A DNA stretch of 64,000 bases from Lama glama (taxonomy: Eukaryota), in the NCBI GenBank assembly GCA_028534125.1, contig CM052818.1, positions 43,898,001 to 43,962,000 on the forward strand, given 5' to 3'. Position 1 is the stretch's first letter. Every line of letters begins with the position of its first letter. Position numbers and translations under genes: made by a program. A model generated the notes under the pieces. That model was not told the origin of the DNA, made no database searches, and saw only the letters and a list, made by a program, of their open reading frames with translations. Below, piece after piece: positions 1-12,150 of the stretch.

Positions 1-3000
1 CTGCACTCTTGAATCCAACTTAGTTTTAATTTTAGTACCTAAAAGATGTAGTACTGCTCAAGCCATCTGTCCTTGTAAGAGCATTTGTAGACTACTTTTC
101 ATAGTGTGGAAACTTACAAGAAGCCAGTTATCCTCACCGTGAGCCTTTGTTTCCAGTTCGTAGATGAGAAGACTTGGATTCAAGAAGTGATTCATTGTAG
201 ATCACACAGGAAACACAGGGCAGATCTTGCAGACCAAGACCTTCTCAGGTCAAACCAAGACCCTCTCCTTCCATGAAAATCCAATATCTTTTCTTTACAT
301 CTAGATGCCCATACTTTAAAAGCCTCAACAGTCAGGGTGAAGAGAAGTTTCTGTTTGGGGGAAATGAGAAATCCCTTCCCAAAGCTCCTATCCACATCGG
401 GCTGAATTGTGATCAAGTTCCAGGAAAGGTCAAACTCCGTGCAGCCTCCGTGATACTCTCAACTGCTCTCTGGTCCCTTGCCTCTGGGAGCTGCAGAAAA
501 CCTTCTCAGAATGGGTGGGAGACGGGAAAGGGGCACTGGTCACAGCTTCCAAGTATCCAGCTCTCCGTGCTGAGGCTTCAGGGACAGCAGGGAATGGCTT
601 TGGGGATTGTGAAACCAAGATTCAGTAGAGAATTCAACACCAGCTGGATGGCATCTTTCTATTAATTTAATCTCTTGGAGGCTCACTTGACTCCTTTGTA
701 AAACTTGCTGCCTACCTTGACCGGCTTATTGATAATTTGAACAGGACTTGTTGGTTCCTACCTCCTCCTTCCCTTCATCTCTTATTTGTTTCAAAGTTTG
801 GTTTCCTGCAGTTAGAACACGTATATACCCAGGGACTCAAGTGCACAAAAATGACACAGAACCAGCAGGGATCACTCATGGGCTCAGCAAGGGTTTGTGC
901 CTCCCAAGTTGAGTTACCTGGACTTAGTCTGTTGTTGCAACGCTAAACAGTCATCTGACTTGTATCAGTGGAGCATCTGAAGGCGCAGGTGACGAGTAAG
1001 AGCACTTCGGATTCGACATTTGATATGTTGATACATAATTTGTAATTATTTCAGATGATCCTCTAACACCCATTAAAGTATCGGCCACTGGGCTAGTCAC
1101 AGACGAGAATGGACTGGGTCAGGGAAGGAGGCCACAGTGGGAAGGACCGAGGATGACAGTGAGGGAAGTGGGGGGAGGAACAAATCCCCTGATGTCTGTC
1201 TGGGACGACGCACTCACAGAGCCCTGGCACAGCTTGGTTCTCCAGTCCACAGCCCAGCATCTCCTCTCTGGGTGGGCTCTGTAGTGCCCTTGACCTCTCT
1301 GGACCTTGGCTGCTTTATCAAAGTTGCTTTGTCACCTCTGAATCAAGAGTTAGACTTGATCAATAACTTTCAATCACATCTGGCAGCAGAAGTTTTCGCT
1401 TCCGCCCTGTATGTCAGCGTTAGAACTACACGTGCAAAACTGGGAAAGTGGAGCTGCTTTGATTGTGGCCAGGGAGGGCTCTCAGTGGGTCCCTGTCACC
1501 TCTCCTTGATGGCGCTTGATAAATTCTCAACTTCGGTGCCATCCCTTTGTCATAGGAGCTCCACTCTCTGATGCCTTTGGCGGATAATACTGACAGTCAC
1601 TGGTCAGCCTGCTTCAGCACTCAGCCCCTGACATGCCCTGCCTCGTCTAAGTTAATCCTCACAACACCCTTGGTCCTTATAAAAGTGAAGGGATTTGCCC
1701 GGTCACAGCTAATAGGAGGGTGAGGATTCGGAGCCTGGGTCTGCTCCCGGCCCAGCCCCTGCCCAGCCCCTGCCCTCACTCCCAGCGGCCCTGGTCCCTG
1801 GCCCTGCCCCAGGCCTGGATGAAGTGGCAGGAGGGTGAAGTATGTATCCCCAGAGGGATCATAGAATAAAAGATTTCTGCTGGCTAAGCCTCGAGACATT
1901 AAGAAAAAGAGCTTGCTGATGTCAGGTCCCGCCAAGGTGGACGCTCACTGTACAGACTAGAAGTAAGCGTGCCAGCAAGTTCCCCCACCACAGCAACCAC
2001 GCATGTGACGGTTTGACAGAACACAACTCAAACAGGCATTCATTCGGCAGCCGGCAGTGAACGAGCAAAGAGACTGGATCGGCCTGTCTGCGTCCTAGCA
2101 AAAGCCCCCACTGTGGGCTTCAGTCCTCGGAAAGCCTGTTTCCTAGTGGTGCACCTCTCAGGACCCTGGGGTTGGAAGGAAACTTAGCAGCACATGGAGT
2201 CCCCGGCATAAAGTCTACATCAGTGAACCGTTGTTTACCGAACACCCGCCACGCACCAGGGGCTGGGTCAGGTGCTGCTGGAGATGCAGAGGTGACGTTA
2301 CTGGATGAGAAACACTTTGTGAATTCAGAAGACGAGGCCAGTCGACTGGAAAGTCTCTGCTTCAGCCACGGCCTCCCAGCTGCCACAAACCCCATCTTTG
2401 CAAGGACTCTGATGAGCTCTGTCCACAGCCTGGCACCGAGGATGTCCACCTGTTGGGCAAGTCTCTAGATCCTTCTCACACACGGTGCCCTCATTACCCA
2501 AAGCCATTTCTTCCCAGACTGATTCAGCCACTACCTCTTCCAGGACAACACCCTACAGAGCCAGTGAGTGGAGTGCCCATCCCGCAGGCTTCCAAGAACG
2601 TGTGTTTACCCCACCACTCAATTCTGCCCCGTCTTTGTCAGTTCCTATGTCTATTTCCCCAAGCTGCCTTGCAATGACAGAGGAGGCACGTACTAAACAT
2701 TTCAGGACTGAATTGACCCTCTCTGGCTGTAGGTACGTCTATTAAATGAGGTGCACAATGGATGGGTTTGCCCATAGAGCCCACCTTGGCCTGATACTCC
2801 GTGGATCCCTGACTGGGAGAAGGGCTGCCGGCGGGCATTCATTTCTGGGAGTTGGGTGGACTCCACCTTGGTGGTTCCCAGTCAGGTTTGCAGCAGATAA
2901 TGCTTTTCCTGGGGAATCGCGTGGACTCCTTGATTACTTGAGTCCTAGGCAAGCCTTGCTCCCCCAGAGCTATTATTACACTCGTCCTGAGAACCTCTGG

Positions 3001-3356
3001 GCTCTCATGTGATAGAAAGAGTACAGACTTGGGGTCCACTCCTGACTCTATCACTTAAGGGTGGTTTCACATCGAACATGTTATGCAACTTTCTAGGCTG
3101 ATTTCCTAATCTGTAATACGAATATAATTCACACTTCGAAGGTGGTGGTGACGATCCATTCAGTTAGCTATTACATCTTAACTGGCCAGCGTGTGCCCAA
3201 ACACAGTGGAAGGCGGCTTTGCTTTGTATAGAGTCATAGTGAAGACCTCAGAGAACGTCTGAGTTCCCGGCCGGTGTGAGGTGACCTCCAACCATAGACG
3301 GCAGAGAGAAAATCATCGATTGTCAGACCCCAGACGTTTAGTTAAATTTGCACAAT

Positions 3357-3362
3357 TTTATT
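3357..3362 (-). terminator. Distal polyadenylation signal AATAAA
   Basis: Plus-strand tttatt at 3357-3362; G/U- and U-rich sequence follows on the minus strand (gtctggggtctg...gattttctctct); interspersed repeats resume beyond it. Confidence 0.8.
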
Positions 3363-3407
3363 GATTGAAGAGATTAGGACAAAAACATTAAACCAAATAC
3401 AGGACAA

Positions 3408-3519
3408 AGCACCAGAGGCCACAGATTCCCACCATGCATGTCACCAATCCTTCCTCCTACAGGGCACTTAAAAAATAAGGGAGAGGGAAGAAAAACAGGT
3501 CCTTCTTGACTCAGCACCA
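3408..3519 (-). promoter_or_regulatory. Two miR-29 7mer-m8 sites (TGGTGCT at 3408-3414 and 3513-3519)
   Basis: Plus strand agcacca twice; further matches at 4794-4800 (7mer-A1) and 5443-5450 (8mer in CDS). Confidence 0.65.
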
Positions 3520-3733
3520 TCTTCAGCATGTAAAAAAAAAAAAAAAATCCTCTCTCCTTTTCATCTTCCATCATCAAAATAGACTCGAGAGCCAATCCAT
3601 GGCCTCCTTGTCTCCTGACGGTGAACGAACGGTTAAGCCGCCCTCCTGGGAACGCGAGGCGGGGCTCCTGCTAAATAGGCATAAAGCATCCAGGGTCTGC
3701 ACAGACATGCCACGTACTATAACGAAGCACAGA

Positions 3734-3741
3734 TTCAAGTA
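3734..3741 (-). promoter_or_regulatory. miR-26/miR-1297 8mer site (TACTTGAA)
   Basis: Plus strand ttcaagta(a) equals the miR-26 5' end UUCAAGUAA. Confidence 0.65.
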
Positions 3742-3827
3742 ACATTTACATACTAGAGTCCACGTGTCACCTACCCAGAAACATGACCGTTTCACAAAAC
3801 GCATACAGGCAGTAAAAACCTAACAAC

Positions 3828-3834
3828 TGAGGTA
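3828..3834 (-). promoter_or_regulatory. let-7/miR-98 7mer-A1 site (TACCTCA)
   Basis: Plus strand tgaggta. Confidence 0.55.
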
Positions 3835-3891
3835 CTGGAAACACAAACATTGATGCAGAAGAGTTCTGTATCATACAGCGATAGAAAAGCC

Positions 3892-3912
3892 ATAATAATA
3901 ATAATAATAATA
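3892..3912 (+). repeat. (ATA)n microsatellite in TRIB2 3' UTR
   Basis: ataataataataataataata. Confidence 0.9.
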
Positions 3913-4070
3913 AAGAAAAAAAAACAACCCAACATTTGCCACTCGAAATCAAATAAAGCTAGCTAGAAAAGCCAAATAAAAGGTTATTTCAGGGACAGGA
4001 ATACTCAAACAAGGAAAAAAATATATATATATAAATGTTAACTACAGCATGTAACATATTATCCCAAGTC

Positions 4071-4078
4071 AACCCGTA
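4071..4078 (-). promoter_or_regulatory. miR-99/100 seed site (TACGGGT, 7mer-m8)
   Basis: Plus strand aacccgta equals miR-99/100 nt 1-8 (AACCCGUA); rare CpG-containing site in AU-rich context. Confidence 0.75.
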
Positions 4079-5374
4079 ATTGAAGTACTGGCTTAATACA
4101 TCACAATGTGACATTTTCCTTAATAAATAGAAGAGTTCTTGAAAATACAAAGGTGCGTATTGGGATAGAGAGCTGTTTTTATTTATATCATCCTCGCTTT
4201 CAGCTTAATTTTCCTTTTCATTCGTCTCTGCTGAGGGTTTCTGTCCAAACCAGAGGGCCTTCCAAGCCAAAAAGGATCATACTCCGTACAGAAAACTTAA
4301 AAGCTGCCCTGTATTTTATACACGTGGGACAACCTGCTTCGTTTCACTAGTTTCCAACAGAACCAAGACGAAGTGTTTAGCTGAGATCAGAGTGTTATAC
4401 CAGCTTCAGACTGCAAAGAGCTTCCGGTTTCTCACACCATCACTCTCCTCAGCCAAGAAGAGTGCCTGTAACGCAGCCCCCATCGTTCAAACAACAACCG
4501 AAAAAATGTAAGCCGAATTTCCCGTTTCCTTTCTTCTTCCTTTTTTTCCCTCTGTCTTTAAACTATGACAGCAGTAATGCATCTGGAAGTTTGACTTCTA
4601 ATAGCTTCCTGCCAGAAACCAACTGACACAAAACAGAATAGTGGGTTAAAGGACAGACTTTTTTTTTCCACCTTCAGGGAACAAAGCATTAACATGTCAT
4701 TTCCTGACCAGGATCTTAAATAGTTTCTTTAGAAGAAATGAGTTGAAGAGCGCAATTAAGAGACACAAACTGGACTTTTATTTTCTTTTAGTTTAGCACC
4801 CAGGTTTCATGTCAGTCTGTGTGCACCGAATTTTTTTTTTTTAAATGAACCCCATGAATTATCCGATAGATAGGTGGCTGGCTTGTTTCAAAAGGAAAAC
4901 AAAAAAACAAAAACAAAAACAAAAACCCTTGGCCAATTGTACCTTCCCTGAATTCATGACAAGAAGTTAGATGCTAACAGTGCGATGCCAAGATGTATGT
5001 TTGAGGCAGAGAGTTTTGATTCTATCAGGATCTGCAACTATTTTGGAACAAAATGAAAAGTGGGGTAGGCGGAAGCAGCCCAACCGACAGGGGTGGTCTC
5101 CGGTCACTCTGCCAGGCAAGAGGAGATCCGGGGGCGCCTGCCCACCCGGCAGGACCCCAGAGCCCGCCCCCATCCCACGTCCCTCGTGCCCCCACCCCCT
5201 GCTACATGTTCAGTCAGCTCCTGGACCATTTTCCTTCTTTGAACCAAGAAGCTTGTGAGTGTCAGGGTCTTTCTGGCTGCCAAGCCGGGCGACCGATCCG
5301 TGTTCCCTGGAAGAACGCCTCTCCGCTCTCCTCTCTCGCTCCTGGTACCTGCTCAGTCTCTGCGCGGCGTGAGC

Positions 5375-5843
5375 TCAGTTAAAGAAAGGGTCCAAGTTCT
5401 CCTCCATGTTGACATCCGGCACCAGCTGGTCGGACGCTTCCTTAGCACCATATCCTGAATTCGAGACGCTAAAATCTGTAGAAAACCAAGGATGGTCCAG
5501 AATCTCCTGCGAGGTCAGCCGCTCGGAGGGCTCTCGCCGCAGGATGCTTCGGATGAGGCACTTGGCCTTGGGCGACAGAGTCTCTGGAATGTTGAACTGG
5601 CCGCGCCGGATCTTGCTGAAGAGGGAACTGGGCTCAATGTCATGGAAAGGGTACCGCCCGACCAACATGGTGTACAGCATCACTCCCAGGCTCCACACGT
5701 CGGCCGCTTTGCCGGAGTAGCTGCCACTGGTGTTCAGGATCTCCGGGCTGACGTACGCCGGGCAGCCGTGCTTGTCGGAGAGCGAGTCGTCATCCCCTCG
5801 CAGGATGTAGGCGTCCTCCAGGCTCTCCAGCTTGACCCGGGTC
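5375..5843 (-). CDS. TRIB2: TRIB2 coding exon 3 ([12 protein letters not shown]...ILDHPWF...[18 protein letters not shown])
   Basis: Acceptor ctccctttcttgcag|G; 469 nt to TGA 5377-5375; SLE in place of DFG, MEK-binding HPWF motif, COP1-binding DQLVPD motif; 270+293+469=1032 nt=343 aa plus stop. Confidence 0.98.
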
Positions 5844-7794
5844 CTGCAAGAAAGGGAGGCAAACATGAGCTCCCGGGGGTCCACCGAGACCCAGCAATCC
5901 CACGATTACATCACAGCTCCCGCTCTGCTGTTTCCAATGACCCTTCACTCACTCACTGGACCAGCCGCACATTGCTTTCTAGGTGCCAGACCCTATTCTA
6001 GGGCTGGGACCCGGGAGTGAACAAGACCTGCAAAGGCTCTGCATGAAACTTACCATCTATTGGGAGACCCAAAACTTCAGCAAGTAAGCAGACCGCAGAT
6101 AGCATTATTCCTAGCCCGTCTTAGTGATGAGGGAACAGAGATTAAATAATATGCTCAAAGTCACAGCTAGGTAATGACAGGGAGCCACAAGATTTTGAAC
6201 TCAGATCCAACCAGCTGGGAAGCTCATGGAAGCCTGTCCACAACCTCTGGCAATCTTGCAGCTAACACAGCACAACACGGGAGGAAGGACCCTTCGCTCA
6301 GCTGTATTCTCGCTTCACCGCCGTCCTTCTGTTAGACTGGGAGGATTTCACTGTCCCATTTTACAGATGAGGACATGGAGGCTCAGAGAGTCTGAGTAAC
6401 TTCTAGTTGGGAAAGAGGGAAAACCTGACCACGCATCTTCCTGAGTCAACCCTGTTGCTCCTTCCACTACATCAAGCTGCCTCTTTTAGGACTCAGACAG
6501 AGCCAGGGAATGTTGGATCGGCGTGTATCCCATCACCTAGTCCTTCCAAGTTCGGCATCCTCATCTTCTTTCCAATCCCATCCTCTTTCCGAGATTTCCT
6601 GTTGTATTTGCCTCCCAACCTGCCCATCAGACTCCCAGGATGTGGTCCTTGACCTGGTACTTCTGTGACTTTGGTTACCCGTATCTTCCACCTGTGTCAG
6701 TGCATATGTGATTCTGATGTCTCACGTGGGCGCATGGGTGTGTGGGTGAATCTTCCCCCCACCATTTAAGGACCACTGAGCTGGTCCACAGGGATGAAGG
6801 ACTCTTCTGGGTATGACGGGGAAGAACAGAGGTGGAGAAATCCTGCATTAAACTCAGTCCCTGGAACCTAGCACACATCTTTGCACAGAAGGGCTTGATA
6901 GAATCACTGACTATAAGACAAGTAAGTGCTCAGCACCCCAAGCTCCTAGCCTGGCATTCCCTCCTTAGCCCGGGGGCCTCCTGAAAATTCTTGTGTCCCT
7001 GCCCTGTCTTTTTTGAGTAGGAAATTAGGCATTACTACATCTCAGCGCTTAAAACTGACATCCTCCTCCCTGTCTCCTGGCCAGAACACCGCCACTGCAA
7101 AGTTCCCTAGTTCTCAGGCTCTAAATAAGGTAATCCCATTCCAACACAATGTGACGTGAAGGTGACAGGGGACAGGGAGGAGGGGCTGAAGTTGGGGGGC
7201 TAGGACCTCACAGACAGTGCCTCCCAGGTCCTGCAAGGTCAGTGTCATTCCTATCAGTTGGTTCCTTCCTCTCAAAAGTGCACATCAAAGCATCTACCCT
7301 GTTGCTCTGAGGTGTGAGGAAGCTCAAGCGAGCAGAGAACAGAAAAGTGCTCAGAGAAACCACGATGAGGCTTTAGTCCTGAATCAGAGCTCGTGACTCA
7401 GCTCCGTCCACTGCTGTTTCTTTTTCTCCAACTGCAGGTCTTAGCCTTCAGGGCGGTCACCACGGCTACTCAGAGAGCCACAGAAGGGAGGTGAGGTTCA
7501 AGTTAATCAAAGTAGTGTTGCTGGGAGCTCTCTAGAGCAACAGGTCTGATGAAACCTGGGCTGATTCTAAGATCCTGTATTTGGATTACAGGAGTTTCAA
7601 AGACCCAGGGTGACTACTTCCCTCTCCTGATTTCCATCAATGCGCAAGAAATCATTGTGATCACTGGAAAAGGTGTGGGGCTAAGAGCTAGGAGAGCAGA
7701 TTCCATCTCTTAACTTCCTGTGTGGCTCTGAGTGAGTCACTTAACCTCTCTGTTCTCAGCCTTCAAGTGGAACAAGTTGAACAAGGTTGTCTTT

Positions 7795-7911
7795 TTTTTT
7801 TCAATATTTTCATTGTGGTGCAGTATACATAAGATATAATGTACCATTTTAACCATTTGTAAGTGTACAGTTCGGCAGCATTAAGTACACGCACACAGCT
7901 GTGCATCCATC
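7795..7911 (-). mobile_element. Old L1M 3' end inserted into a MIR
   Basis: Poly-T then taccattttaaccatttgtaagtgtacagttc...gcattaagtaca; MIR halves at ~7670-7790 and ~7912-7960; degenerate 17-bp TSD. Confidence 0.7.
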
Positions 7912-8164
7912 TGGACAAGATCGCCTTTAAGTCCCTGCCAGTTTTAACATTCTGGGATTCTGCAATATACAGCAACGTATCTTTTTTACTTGCTCACCCA
8001 CATTCTGTTATAATCTAGAGTGTACACGCCCTTCTCCTTCCCCAGAGTAATGATATATAAAAATAGGAAGGTCTAGATGTGCTAATCTGGAATTGAGCGG
8101 ATTAAACACAAATCTCTTCCTCCTCCTGCTTTTCCTAATCTCAGGTGGCAGGCGGAGCTGACCC

Positions 8165-8240
8165 AAGGTGGGGAGGGGAGGGGGCGCACACCACAGGCAC
8201 ACGTGGGTTCTCTCCACAGCTCCCCTCGCCCTGCCCTCAC
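8165..8240 (-). ncRNA. Locus homologous to human intronic MIR3125 hairpin (function unproven)
   Basis: Minus strand GAGGGGAGCTGTGGAGAGAACCCACGTGTGCCTGTGGT resembles hsa-mir-3125 as recalled (UAGAGGAAGCUGUGGAGAGA...), which lies in TRIB2 intron 2; seed region differs. Confidence 0.45.
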
Positions 8241-11200
8241 CAGCAGCACGCTCGGGAGCAGCCAGACTCCTCGGCTCCAAAGTTCAAGTCTTGGCAGCAG
8301 AGCAGCTATGGGAATAATTACAGCAATGGGAATAATAATAATAATAATAAGCCATTGCATCTGTGGGACAAGGGGCAATGGTCCAGGGAAAGAAGCATGA
8401 GACTTGGAATCAGACGATTCAGGTTCAGGGCTGGGTTTCTCTGCCAACCCCCCTGCCCCGGGTAATGTCTCAGCTCATCCAAGTGGGGGCGACTGTCTTG
8501 CGGAGCTGCAGGATGACCGCATCTTCAGAGGCGCCGCCCTCTCCTGCCCTGCCCCGGTCCAGCCTCTACACTGCTCCTCACAGACGCTAACCAGTCAGGT
8601 CCTTCCTGGGGCCTCTGCTCACGTCCCCCCGCCGGGAATGTCCTTCCAGACACGTGCAGCTCGCAGTCCCCGCAGCTAGCGCTCCCGCTCACTCTTTTCA
8701 GGTCTCTGCCCAGATGCCCTTGATTAAAGGGACGTAGTCCAACCCCCCTACATAAAATAAAGCAGCACCCTCGCCCACGCCAGAATCCCGCACCTCCCTC
8801 CTCACCGCTGGACACTATGCGTTCGCATTTACACAGTTGTGCGTTTATCTTCTATATCTTATGCTGGTGGTCATTTCAGGGTCATCGCCTCATTCCCACC
8901 TCCAGGGGCTCGTGGGCAGGTGCCCGAGGTCACTTTGGGTGTCAAGAACACCGCCTGCTTGTCCTGCCGCACCTCCAGCACCCAGACTAGAACCCGGCGT
9001 AGAGCAGATGCTCAATCCAAGAGCGAAAGGACCAGGCACACTGCCGACCCCTCAGAGCGTCTGTGTGCTCGCCTTTAAAGAAATCCGGCCCTGCTCTGGG
9101 TACCTGGCCACCATTAAGTGGAGGGCAGGTGAAGGCTCCTGGGAGCGCAGGCTTTGTAAATGGCCAAACCTCAGGTACCTGTCGGGGTGGAGGCGGGTGG
9201 GAGATGTGATTATAGGGACTACTTTGCTCCTGGCTCAGTCCTTTGCGGGAACAGACTTCACCGAATCTAGCTCTTCCTGCTAAGTCAAGTCTAAAGTCCC
9301 TTTTTCATTCCTGTCCCCTTCCACGTCATAATCCTGGATTCTGACTTTCTCCTTCACACAGTTGCCGTCACTCCCTCCCACCCACAGGCAGCAGGGACCC
9401 CACTGTCAGTCATCTCATCCCTCTTCCGGAGCCCTTCTCCAGATCGTAGGCAAGGGCTTTAGAAAACGGACAAGGTCCTTATCTCGTCAATGAACCCCCC
9501 TCACCTGAGTTCACCTCTCTTCTCCTTCAAGTCAAGACAAGGACTCAGCGGCTCGGTAAATACCTAATGAATCTGCGAATGAGAATTAAAAATAAAGCCA
9601 TCCACGTGCTGCTGACCTGGGCTGCCCCTAAGCTGACCCACCTGCCGCTACATCCTCCTCCTGTCAGAAGCTGAGCTCCCGGGGGCAGGGACTGGGTCTG
9701 CTGGTCCCTCCGGGTCCAGTGTCTGCTGTGGCAGAGCCATCACATGGGAACCAGTCCAGCTCGGGGTCTTGACGTCAGAGGCCTGGATTCAAATTGCAGT
9801 TTGACAATCACCAAGCACCAAGCATCCAACACCACCTACGGACTAAAGCACCCGCCAAGCGTCCACATACATTTCCTCTTTAAAATTTTAAATTCAACTT
9901 CCAAGGCAAGAGTGGTTATTCCTGGACGTAGACACTGAGCCTAACGCTCAGAGAGGGTAGGCAGCTCAGGTACACAGAAAGGCTAATGGAAGGCCGGGGC
10001 CGCACCTGTCTCTGGGCTGTGAGCTGAGCGGGAGCGCCAGGGAGCTGGCCCCTGGGGCAGCAGCCTGCCCTTGTGCCCAGGCGCCCACACCTCCCAAGCA
10101 GGCGATGGGGGCAGGGGGAGAGAAGCCTAGAAAAGGATGGGGAGGAAATGCCGCGCTCCAGGCATCTTCTGACCTCGCCTCCCTCTGGGAACATCCTGAA
10201 CTTGTTTACATCACTCCCAGGCCAGGCTGGAGGCACGAGGTCTGGATTACGTCTTTAAACGAGGACCTTCCGGGGTGCACACACGTCGGGGGCCGGACGT
10301 GCTCCACAACTGCGGGGCCCTGGGAAGGTCTCCGGGGCTCAGCTTCTCCCCTGGGGGTGGGGCCTGGCCCTCCCTTCCCAGGACTGTGTGTGGGGAGTGC
10401 CTGGCAGAGCACCTGCTTGTGTCAGAAGGGGAGGAAATGAAGGAACCCGCTTTCAGCTTCTGACGTCCCCTGAACAGTCCCGGGATTAGGAATTTCCAGG
10501 CAGGGGAATCGGTTTTCATAAAAATCGACAGAAGCATCGGCAGCCATAGTAATTCAAATGTCCCGCTGATCACTCGGGCATTTAAACTACGCACAGACCC
10601 AAGTCACGCCCTTCTGCTTGCTTTCTGTGAAGCTTAAGTGAAACAACGCTAGCACAAAGAGCCTGGCATAGTAAACCTGCAAAAATGGAGGAAACTCCAA
10701 TTGATCTGATTATTAAGATAAGGCTCTCACATTCAACCCCGAAGCCTGCACAGGGAGACAGATGGACAAGCCTCAGGCAGACTGAGATGAACGTGGATTC
10801 TGGGCCCGGTTCCTTCCTGGGTCATTTGCACTTGTTTTTGTTTTGTTTTGTTTCCCACCCCTGCCTAGAATGTTCTTCCTCCAAATGAGCACCCGGCTCA
10901 CTCCTGCTCACTTTATTCGGTCTGGACTAAGGTTATCAAGATGGGCTTCCTGGAGGTGGTAGGACTAGAGATGGCACATGAAGGAGAGAGATTCCTGAAC
11001 GTGACAAGGGAGGACGGTAGAGATTTGTGTCAGCAAAAAGCTGTGAACGACAGTGGTGATCTCCTGCCGCTTCTTGGAGGAGAGAGCTCAGAGCCACGAG
11101 GCCTGGGCAGGGTTGATTTGGCCGGCAAGCTGCACCCCGGTGTGCGTTCTGTAACCTGTCCCTGGCACAGGCAGGGAGCGGCCTGCTTTGCTTTCAACCT

Positions 11201-12034
11201 CTGAATGAACAAGGCTGACACAGAGGCAGCCTGTGCCCAGGTGCAGGCTGAGCCCAGTGCCAGGCCTCCTGCCATTGGATCCGAGCCCGATGAGGAGGCC
11301 AGAACCAGCAGGATGCCCTTCCACTCCCCGCCCCGACAGAGCAGCCGCACCGCCTTGACAGCCGGGACCCCAGGTCCTGCCCATCTCAGCAGAGGCTTGA
11401 GTGGCTCCCTATGGGCCGCTGAGTGAACCGAGCGGTGTGACCACAGGCTCTTTCAGCCTCAGTTTCCCTTCTGTAAAATGGGAACCAATGGCCTGAAAGG
11501 GCTCTTCTAGCTGCCAATTTCCCTGTCTTACGTTTTCTTTAACTCTTACACTATAGGGACTGCAACACTTCCCATGTAACGTCCTGACGTTAATGTAATA
11601 ATTACAGGAACAACGACCATAAATGAAACGTTTACGAAATGCCGGGATGTTTTTCATTCTACATCACCATTTCTCATAACAAAACTGAAAGGAAAATGTT
11701 CTGATATGTGCAACCTTCCTAAACAACAAGGAAACTGAGGCACAGAGAATACATATTTTAGGTCATACACAGAGTAACTGAAAAAACCGAGCTCTGACCC
11801 ACATCAGGATGATTCTGACGTCAGTGTCATCCCCAAATGCATCCTGGCATCACATCACTGATTCACTTGGTGTCAAAGACAGGGGAACTGTTAAAGGAAG
11901 ATCTTGGGCTTATGGAAACCAGTATGGTCCCAGGTTTATTCAGCACCAGATCACATATAAAACCAACACATACATGATCTAATTGCTATAGTTCATGAGG
12001 TAGATGCTGGTAGGTGGTCCTGCCCACCTACTAG

Positions 12035-12150
12035 ATGGAGAAACTGAGGTACAGAAAGCAGATGTAATGAGTCCAAGGCCACCTGGCCAGTGAGTGGCAG
12101 AGCTGGGATTTAAACCCAGGCTTTCCACCTCCACATTCGGTGCTCTGTCC
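12035..12150 (-). mobile_element. MIR
   Basis: gaaactgaggtacagaaag...gtggcagagctgggatttaaacccagg. Confidence 0.7.

Larger units (their letters stand above)
3338..5374 (-). other. TRIB2: TRIB2 3' UTR (~2.0 kb)
   Basis: Transposon-free, U-rich sequence from the stop codon to the distal AATAAA; cleavage site estimated 15-25 nt after the signal. Confidence 0.85.

Noticed and set aside
5369..5377. Stop-codon readthrough of TRIB2
   Set aside because: Context is TGA-GCT, not the leaky TGA-CTAG motif.
5844..5884. [13 protein letters not shown] extension of the exon 3 ORF
   Set aside because: Intronic polypyrimidine tract and acceptor region.
5492..6001. 169-aa plus-strand ORF
   Set aside because: Antisense shadow of GC-rich TRIB2 exon 3; no recognisable protein.
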